DNA of 64,000 nucleotides from a virus (Duplodnaviria; Caudoviricetes): IMG/VR virus record IMGVR_UViG_3300028128_000337, positions 34,279 to 98,278 of that record; one strand, 5' to 3'. Shown piece by piece: positions 56,710 to 64,000 of this stretch (position 1 is its first letter; each line of letters starts with the position of its first letter). The notes under the pieces were generated by a model. It saw only the letters and a program-made list of their open reading frames with translations, ran no database searches and was not told where the DNA came from. The position numbers and the translations under genes were made by a program.

Positions 56710-59700
56710 ATGAGTCATAAGGATCAAACATATAGAGATTATTTCCGAGTTAACAAAGGACTTTACTCGTATGGTGAAGGTGTGTTCCATGGTGGGTTAT
56801 CTGCTAGAGGTGATGTAAACTTACCGGATTTTAAAATTAATGCTGCAGCCGGTGCCATCTGTGGATTATCTGCATGTGTTATAAAGCATCATGAAAATTT
56901 ACTAGAGGTAGTATCACATCCATCTGGAGGCATTGAGACGATATATCATGCTCTGTCTGTCACCCCGGAGACAGTGTTTGAAGACAATGTGTATATCAAA
57001 GGCGATCTACATGTGGATGGTAATGCATACCTTAGCGCTGGTGTTGATGGAATTGTGAACATTGGTGACGTTGCCACCGACAGTGTGGTGTTTCATGCTG
57101 ATGTTGATAGCGGGGTGATACCTAACAACACTATAAGTTATGATCTTGGTACACCCACTCAGCAGTGGCGTGAACTGTTTGTTCAAGACTTGAGCGCGTC
57201 CGGTAGTGTATATGTGGATCAAAACACCGGAGTGAGTGGTCACATGACTGTCGGTGGTGACACCGTGTTGAGTGGCACGTTAGATGTTGATGCCGCCGCG
57301 CAAATCAACGACACGCTGGATGTGGAGTTAAACACAACATTACACGATGATCTGACCGTCAGCGGACACACGACTGTCGGTGGAGATACTGTTCTAAGTG
57401 GCATGTTAGATGTTGATGATGCTGCATACATATATGACACGTTAGACGTTGAGCTGAAAACCACATTGCACGCGGATCTAGTGGCCAGTGGTCACACCAC
57501 AATAGGTGGCGACACTGTGTTGAGTGGTGTGTTGAGCGCCAAACAAGACGCTACATTTGATGAGAATCTACATGTCAAAGGTGATCTGAGAGTGGATGGT
57601 AATGCGTATTTGAGCGCGGGTCCAAGTGGTGTGATAAATGTTGGTGACACGAGCACTGACAATGTAGTATTCAATGCAGAAATTGATAGTAACATCATAC
57701 CAGATGATGATACCACATACACACTAGGCGCACCAACCAAAAGATGGGCTAGCTTGCATATTGACTCTGTGTCAGCAACTGGTGTTGTTAATTGGAACGG
57801 AGGAGACAGCCAGCTAGCAAACAGTGTGTATTCAAGCGTTTGTGCCACAAGCAGTTACTGGGACGACACGTACACCAACATTAATACCGTCAGCTCACGA
57901 CGTGACGCGGTTATCACTGAAGTGGAGTCGAACAGCGCTGACTGGAACAATGTTTACACAGACGTGTCAACGACAAGCAGTTACTGGGACGACACGTACA
58001 CCAACGTTAATACCGTCAGCTCACGACGTGACGCGGTTATCACTGAAGTGGAGTCGAACAGCGCTGACTGGAACAATGTTTATTCAAGCGTTTCAACGAC
58101 AAGCAGTTACTGGGACGACACGTACACCAACGTGAACGTGATCAGCTCCAGAAGAGACGCGGTCATAACTGAAGTGGAGTCGAATAGTGCTGATTGGAAC
58201 AATGTTTATTCAAGCGTTTCAACAACCAGTGGCAACTGGGACAACACATACACAGACGTGTCAACGACAAGCAGTTACTGGGATGATACATACACCAACG
58301 TGCGCGACATCAGTGCTAGACGTGACGCGGTTATAACCGAGGTAGAATCCAACAGTGCCAGCTGGGCTCAGACAGACTGGGTCCAAACAAATTTTGTAAA
58401 TGTGAGTGGTGATCAGATGGCAGGACCATTGAGTGTAGGTGTGTTGAACGTGACTGACGAGATACGTAATCCATCAAGTGTCTGGTCGCCAAGTGATATA
58501 CCGTCAAGTGATTTGATTTCATGGCATGACGCTGCAGATGTGTCCACGATAAATGTGAGCGGTGGTACCACAATTGTCACCTCGATAGATGACAAGAGCA
58601 CCAACTCTTATGATCTCACAAAAGAAGGTGCTGGGTTTGACATAAAAACCGGCAGCACGGTGAACATGCTCAACAGTGTTTCTGCTGTGGAAGGTGCATC
58701 ACTAACGAACAGCAGCGTGCCACTACCAGAAGACCATGCATTCTACATTGTGGCACGTGTTGACACAACTGATGATGGTAGTGATGCTCTTCTGAGCGTC
58801 AAGACCGGTAACAGCTGGCAACTTGATGCAGCTGGTGCATCAATATTTGAAGCAAGGTTGCTCACAACTGGTCTAGGATTTGACGCAACAACACACAAGC
58901 TCGCGCCTGGTGGAGGTTTAAACAATCAACTGGCATTGATCAGGCTCACATTCAACGGAAGCACTGACACGGTGACTGGCGGATTGAACGGATTGAACAA
59001 GTTCACACAAGCATCATATATAGACAAACAATCTCCAGCCGAGATAAGACTGTTTGGAAATCGATCAAACAGCATGTTTCCTGATGGTGTGTTTTCTGAG
59101 ATGTTGATCGTGAGTGATGTGACACAATCCACACAGGACAAAATTGAAGGATATTTGGCTCACAAATGGGGACTCACATTAGACTCTGCACATGCGTACG
59201 TGTCAGCCACGCCTACAAACACCACGCCACCTGTTGTTGTGGCTAGTAATTTGTCCTGGCCTGGTGGTGATTCCACTACTACTAACGACACAACCACCAC
59301 CGTGCATGCCAACAGCGCCAGCTGGGCTAGCCAACCAGTTCTACACACCATGACCAGAAGCTCTCTGCAGATCACAACACCATATGGACCGACTGGAGAG
59401 CTTGTGGGCTGGACACCTGTATATTCTGCAGGTTTGAGTGGCTGGTGGGACGCAAGTGAATCCACAACAATCTCTTTAGACTCTAGCAATAACATAACTA
59501 CATGGGCCGATCTGGCCGGATCTAGCGATCTGACCGGGCAAAATGATCCACAGATAAGTTCAACACTGCACAACAGTTTGAGTGTGATTGATTTTGATGT
59601 TGAAAATGAACACTTCGTATCCAGTGTCAATAGCATAACATTACCAACAGACGGTGATGTGCAGTTCTTTATCGTGTGTGAACCATCTGGTGTTAATAAT

Positions 59701-60570
59701 GGATTTGATGCGATATTGAGTTACAAGGGCAATTCCAACCCTTTGCAAGATTTTCAGATTGATGCAGGAAGCGCTGGCGGATTTAACGGTGTGTTGAGAA
59801 CAAGAGGATTGGAATCCGGTGCCGGTGCCACGAGTACAACTTTACCCACATCTCAAACCACCGGCATGAATATATTCAACGCGGTGTTTGATCATACAGG
59901 TGGTGAGTACAGTTTCAGAATAAACTCAACACAACAAGGCGCTGCCAAGACTTACGACGTTAAACTCAACCCTACCGGAGCGTTAGGTATTTTTATAAAC
60001 CGTGGAGGTCAGGAATTTCCCACTGGAAAAGTTGCTGAAGTCTTGATGACCAGTGACATCACTGAAAACAATCGACAGACAATAGAAGGTTATCTGGCAC
60101 ACAAATGGGGCTTGACTAGCAAATTACCCAACGGACATCCGTTCAAAAACACAGCACCACAACATGATGTACAAGCCAATCGCCCGGAGTTTCTAGATTT
60201 CCAATCATCCACACCCGCGGGTGACGCTGTGTGGGCGGACGTGACTTACTCTCACGCCATGGTATTACCATATGACGCCACGGTGAAACGTGTGGTGTTA
60301 CGAGGAGCATCAACACAACACGCCACTGTCAATGTGAGCATGCACAGCAATCGAGACGAGACGGATCCGAACAGCGTCGATTACAAATTTTTTCCTATCA
60401 CTCCAATAGAAACAGTGAGTGGTACATTCACCACAAACAATCAAGGACGAGTCTTCAGCTTCTCAGACACTACCAGCGCCAGCGTGGGTCAAACATTTGG
60501 AATCAGCTTGAGTGCTAATCAAATAATAGGTCACACAAACGCCACTATCGTGTTGCAATATGAAGTGTAA
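56710..60570 (+). CDS. Fibre protein with two LamG-like domains
   Basis: Two junction modules, Trp repeats, tandem W.DA....TI ... IEGYLAHKWGL domains. Confidence 0.7.
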   Translation: MSHKDQTYRDYFRVNKGLYSYGEGVFHGGLSARGDVNLPDFKINAAAGAICGLSACVIKHHENLLEVVSHPSGGIETIYHALSVTPETVFEDNVYIKGDLHVDGNAYLSAGVDGIVNIGDVATDSVVFHADVDSGVIPNNTISYDLGTPTQQWRELFVQDLSASGSVYVDQNTGVSGHMTVGGDTVLSGTLDVDAAAQINDTLDVELNTTLHDDLTVSGHTTVGGDTVLSGMLDVDDAAYIYDTLDVELKTTLHADLVASGHTTIGGDTVLSGVLSAKQDATFDENLHVKGDLRVDGNAYLSAGPSGVINVGDTSTDNVVFNAEIDSNIIPDDDTTYTLGAPTKRWASLHIDSVSATGVVNWNGGDSQLANSVYSSVCATSSYWDDTYTNINTVSSRRDAVITEVESNSADWNNVYTDVSTTSSYWDDTYTNVNTVSSRRDAVITEVESNSADWNNVYSSVSTTSSYWDDTYTNVNVISSRRDAVITEVESNSADWNNVYSSVSTTSGNWDNTYTDVSTTSSYWDDTYTNVRDISARRDAVITEVESNSASWAQTDWVQTNFVNVSGDQMAGPLSVGVLNVTDEIRNPSSVWSPSDIPSSDLISWHDAADVSTINVSGGTTIVTSIDDKSTNSYDLTKEGAGFDIKTGSTVNMLNSVSAVEGASLTNSSVPLPEDHAFYIVARVDTTDDGSDALLSVKTGNSWQLDAAGASIFEARLLTTGLGFDATTHKLAPGGGLNNQLALIRLTFNGSTDTVTGGLNGLNKFTQASYIDKQSPAEIRLFGNRSNSMFPDGVFSEMLIVSDVTQSTQDKIEGYLAHKWGLTLDSAHAYVSATPTNTTPPVVVASNLSWPGGDSTTTNDTTTTVHANSASWASQPVLHTMTRSSLQITTPYGPTGELVGWTPVYSAGLSGWWDASESTTISLDSSNNITTWADLAGSSDLTGQNDPQISSTLHNSLSVIDFDVENEHFVSSVNSITLPTDGDVQFFIVCEPSGVNNGFDAILSYKGNSNPLQDFQIDAGSAGGFNGVLRTRGLESGAGATSTTLPTSQTTGMNIFNAVFDHTGGEYSFRINSTQQGAAKTYDVKLNPTGALGIFINRGGQEFPTGKVAEVLMTSDITENNRQTIEGYLAHKWGLTSKLPNGHPFKNTAPQHDVQANRPEFLDFQSSTPAGDAVWADVTYSHAMVLPYDATVKRVVLRGASTQHATVNVSMHSNRDETDPNSVDYKFFPITPIETVSGTFTTNNQGRVFSFSDTTSASVGQTFGISLSANQIIGHTNATIVLQYEV
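57849..58365 (+). repeat. 126-bp tandem repeats encoding the same peptide as 56100-56370
   Basis: AGCAGTTACTGGGACGACACGTACACCAAC repeated. Confidence 0.85.
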
Positions 60571-60630
60571 CAGTAACACGAATCATGGAACAACATAACT
60601 TAAACCCTAGCTCAGGAGGTCAAACATAAC

Positions 60631-61164
60631 ATGGCTCGTAAAAAGATAGAGCTGTACAACTTTGACAAGTATCAACCACACTTACCCAATCCTAGCGTGG
60701 ATCGTATCGATGGAAACGCGGACGAGATGGTGTTGAGTGCTGATGGTTACGAGCAGAGTGCCAGTGGTGGTGTGGCGGGCAGTTTGTCGTTGAACGCCAA
60801 TGGTGGTGTGTGGACTGACACAGGACCAGGTGTGACATGTGACGTGAGTTCACGCGCGGTGATGACAACAAACACCACAACATCTGGTGCAGAGACATTC
60901 TTGACATTCAACAAATCAGCGTTTCGTGCTGCTGATGTACACGCCATCATCCAATCCGGAAATGTGTTCATCAAGCAACCCATGGAAGTGATACACAACG
61001 GCTCGGTTGCCGTGATAACCACTCATGCAGCCACCGTGGCTGGCAGCAACCCACCCACCGTGTCTTACACAGCAGAAATCTCGTCTGGTGATGTGATTTT
61101 AAAAATATCCGGTGTTGGCCAGAACACCACAATAACATGCGTGGTTCGATACACGCTCATCTGA
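60631..61164 (+). CDS. Small virion-type beta protein
   Basis: F....FRAA...I......VIHNG C-terminal fibre-type domain; AGGAGGT Shine-Dalgarno upstream. Confidence 0.55.
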   Translation: MARKKIELYNFDKYQPHLPNPSVDRIDGNADEMVLSADGYEQSASGGVAGSLSLNANGGVWTDTGPGVTCDVSSRAVMTTNTTTSGAETFLTFNKSAFRAADVHAIIQSGNVFIKQPMEVIHNGSVAVITTHAATVAGSNPPTVSYTAEISSGDVILKISGVGQNTTITCVVRYTLI

Positions 61165-61171
61165 AGCGTGT

Positions 61172-61834
61172 ATGACTAAGAAACTGATAATCTCCAGAGT
61201 CGGGGTAATCCGGCAGATCTCGGCAAAAGCTGAACTTGAACCGGTCAATCATCCAAAAGCTGCTTCGGGTCATTATCCACGCACATTTTTAGAAGATACA
61301 TGTGTGGGTGCCAATCACTTGACTTATGTGAAAGTGAACTCATGGAGAGTGTCCGCTGGTGTGCATGATCCGTACTCGTTGAGAGACACCACACTGAAAA
61401 GATTGAACAACACCGACAGTGAAGCCACACAGACTGATCTGGATGTGAGCGTGGGTGTGTACACCATCTCGCTCACCGGCACCGGCAAGATTATTTTCAA
61501 TGGTGGTGATCAGGTCGAATGGGGCACCGGTAGCTTGACTCAAGAGGAGATATTGTCTGATCAGACCACCACAGTGAAGTTCAAAGGAGCTCGAGCACCA
61601 CAAAGTGTAACCATATGTCTAACAACCGACACACAACAAGTGTCCAAAATAGAATTGATTGACACGCACTCCATACAAAAAATAATGAATCCAGAATTCA
61701 ATCAGGTCGAGACGCACTTTTATGATGTGGAAAGTTGGTGGGTGGCCAGTCTTGATCCGGAAATTGTTCCACCAGACGTGCTTGGATATTTGGAAGGCTT
61801 CAATGAATACACACTATACACGGTGTTCGGGTGA
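61172..61834 (+). CDS. Hypothetical protein
   Basis: 220-aa ORF. Confidence 0.55.
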   Translation: MTKKLIISRVGVIRQISAKAELEPVNHPKAASGHYPRTFLEDTCVGANHLTYVKVNSWRVSAGVHDPYSLRDTTLKRLNNTDSEATQTDLDVSVGVYTISLTGTGKIIFNGGDQVEWGTGSLTQEEILSDQTTTVKFKGARAPQSVTICLTTDTQQVSKIELIDTHSIQKIMNPEFNQVETHFYDVESWWVASLDPEIVPPDVLGYLEGFNEYTLYTVFG

Positions 61835-61892
61835 GTGCATTTTTAGGTTGCGCAAGACGAGGATTTTCACCAGGTAATTGATAAATATTGAT

Positions 61893-62795
61893 ATGAGAAG
61901 TTTAGTAACAGGAGGAGCTGGATTCATCGGTAGTCACTGTGTGGATCGATTAAAAGAATTGGGACATGATGTGGTAGTCGTTGATAATGAATGTGCTCCA
62001 GAAAATGATAATTTTTACTGGAGAGATGATACCGAGAACCATAAAGTGAATATCATGGATTATGATGATCTGGCACCGTTGTTCGAGGGTGTTGATCATG
62101 TGTATCATTTCGCGGCAGAGAGCAGAATACAACCAAGCATAATAGATCCACGATACGCCATAAGTGTTAATGTTGTAGGCACAACAAATGTTTGTCAAGC
62201 GGCTAGAGACGCTGGCGTGAAGCGTGTGATGTATTCTGGCACTAGTGCGAGTTACGGTTTGATAAACACTCCACCATTAACAGAGGACATGCCAACAGAT
62301 TGCTTGAATCCGTATAGTGTTGGTAAAGTGGGTGGTGAAGAGGTGTGCAAGATGTACACTAAATTGTTTGGATTAGAAACAGTCCGGTTCAGATACTTCA
62401 ATGTGTATGGTGACAGAAGCCCAACCAAAGGTCAATACGCACCAGTCATAGGGTTGTTTTTTCAACAAAAGATGCGGAAAGAGCCCATGACAATAGTTGG
62501 TACCGGTGAGCGGCGTAGAGATTACACGCACGTGAGCGACATAGTTGAGGCTAACATACTTGCATCTACATGTGAGGATGATCGTTGTGTGGGTGGGTTG
62601 TTCAATCTAGGCAATGGTAAAAATTACAGTGTGTTGGATCTGGTCAAAATGATCGGTGGTCCTTTCATGCACATCGATGACCGACCTGGAGAAGCTGAGA
62701 TAACTCTCGCGGACAACAGCAGAACATGTGAAATATTAGGATGGGATCCAAAGGTTCGTATCGAAGACTGGCTATTTGAGAACTCACCGGCATGA
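61893..62795 (+). CDS. NAD-dependent NDP-sugar epimerase/dehydratase (extended SDR)
   Basis: VTGGAGFIGSH, YSVGK (YxxxK), RYFNVYG, RDYTHVSD; ATAAATA at 61881. Confidence 0.92.
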   Translation: MRSLVTGGAGFIGSHCVDRLKELGHDVVVVDNECAPENDNFYWRDDTENHKVNIMDYDDLAPLFEGVDHVYHFAAESRIQPSIIDPRYAISVNVVGTTNVCQAARDAGVKRVMYSGTSASYGLINTPPLTEDMPTDCLNPYSVGKVGGEEVCKMYTKLFGLETVRFRYFNVYGDRSPTKGQYAPVIGLFFQQKMRKEPMTIVGTGERRRDYTHVSDIVEANILASTCEDDRCVGGLFNLGNGKNYSVLDLVKMIGGPFMHIDDRPGEAEITLADNSRTCEILGWDPKVRIEDWLFENSPA

Positions 62796-64000
62796 AGATT
62801 CAGGTAAAAGCTGGAAACGATTTGCGCGCCAAACTGGCCACCACGGTCAGCGTGGACAATCTGTTCACCGAGCTGGTGAAGAACAGTCTACAGAACAACG
62901 CCACACTTGTGCGTATAGATTACAACGACAACAGAGTCACAGTTGTGGACAACGGTGATGGGTTTGATCACAATAAAGACAAAACCGGCATGAACGAGTT
63001 TGAGAAATATTTCGTGTTTGGTAACAGTTACACAAAAAGCAGCAAGCAGTTGAATCTTGGAGAGATGGGCATCGGAGGCAAAGCAGCAAACGACAGACTC
63101 AGCGACATCAAGAACACACACTGGACTATAACAAGCAAGAACAAACACAACAAATCTCACCAATTGACATTCAAGAGCACGGACGAGCAGTACATTCAGG
63201 ATTTACAACCAGATTTGATTGAAGTGTCACAACACGATACTCAAATTCCGTGGACCACAGGTGCACGTATAGAGATACACAACGTGAATCCGCAAATAAA
63301 ACAGGACGGATGGCCGGATGATTCTATACGAGACAACTTACAATTGTTTTTCAACATGTTGTATTTTCAAACGAAAGATCAAAACCGCGCATTCAATCTT
63401 TGGTTGAATGGCAAGCAGATACAATTTAACAACACGTTGCCTGGTGATCCATGGATGCATGAACGAGTCAATTTCAAATACATGAAAGATGGCAAACAGC
63501 ACAACAGCTGGTACGAATTGAAATTGAACATGATTGAATCTGACACAAAATCGTTATTGAATTGTGTTGATCTTGTGTCATACACACGTGTTCAAAAAAT
63601 GTATTTGAACCCAAACATAACCGAGCAGATGATAAAGCGTGAGTTTGTACATGCCACATCACAAGATATAGTTGCATGGTGGGCAAAACACATCAGAGGG
63701 TACATTCTATGCCCAGACATAACTGATGTGAAGGATTCAAATGGCATGGGTGCCAAGGATTTGAGTCATCACCGGCTGCATCCAGATCACCCGATAACCA
63801 AACCCTTTTTAGAATCTTTGCATGCAAAAGTAGGCGCACGTGTGCACCATCACTTGGAACGCATTCTAGATCCTAAAACACAGTTACAAAAAACACTCAA
63901 TCGTGTCACGGGTGAAATTTACAAGTCATTCAACGTGCCACAAGAATTTGTTCGCACTGAACATCACACAGTCACAGAAATAAAAACCATAACCAAATGA
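62792..64000 (+). CDS. GHKL (HATPase_c, MORC/MutL-like) ATPase-domain protein
   Basis: ELVKNS, DNGDG, GEMGIGGK, TGARIEI; TGA at 63998-64000. Confidence 0.75.
   Translation: MKIQVKAGNDLRAKLATTVSVDNLFTELVKNSLQNNATLVRIDYNDNRVTVVDNGDGFDHNKDKTGMNEFEKYFVFGNSYTKSSKQLNLGEMGIGGKAANDRLSDIKNTHWTITSKNKHNKSHQLTFKSTDEQYIQDLQPDLIEVSQHDTQIPWTTGARIEIHNVNPQIKQDGWPDDSIRDNLQLFFNMLYFQTKDQNRAFNLWLNGKQIQFNNTLPGDPWMHERVNFKYMKDGKQHNSWYELKLNMIESDTKSLLNCVDLVSYTRVQKMYLNPNITEQMIKREFVHATSQDIVAWWAKHIRGYILCPDITDVKDSNGMGAKDLSHHRLHPDHPITKPFLESLHAKVGARVHHHLERILDPKTQLQKTLNRVTGEIYKSFNVPQEFVRTEHHTVTEIKTITK

Noticed and set aside
1-64000. Stop-codon reassignment as seen in some large phages
   Set aside because: Recognisable genes are full length in the standard code and TAA, TAG and TGA all terminate genes

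Overview
A 64-kb segment of a large T4-like (Tevenvirinae/Kyanoviridae-style) lytic phage genome in the standard genetic code. Left to right: (i) a partial glycosyltransferase and the conserved uvsY-uvsW-gp55-gp47-gp46 recombination/late-sigma operon; (ii) a Holliday-junction resolvase and about a dozen small or medium genes, many behind late promoters, with T4-style capsid-targeting N-termini, including nuclease-, ligase- and HxGH-nucleotidyltransferase-like proteins; (iii) 7-deazaguanine pathway genes folE2, queD, queE, a P-loop kinase and phoH; (iv) a glycan cassette of six glycosyltransferases, a pyruvyltransferase and a sulfotransferase; (v) DUF366-like, clamp-loader, GroES-like and WYL-like genes; (vi) a ~480-nt, promoter-driven, helix-rich interval with no long sense ORF (candidate large ncRNA); (vii) gp15 and ~32 kb of very large virion/fibre proteins built from shared DNA repeat modules; (viii) an NDP-sugar epimerase and a GHKL ATPase. 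Best leads: the candidate structured ncRNA, a putative virion-glycosylation system (late-expressed sugar enzymes plus a pervasive [LVI]-S-[AG] motif in virion proteins), a packaged/injected enzyme set, strong CCGG enrichment, near-leaderless transcription, and modular fibre repeats shared between genes. All family calls come from motif recognition by eye; no searches were run.
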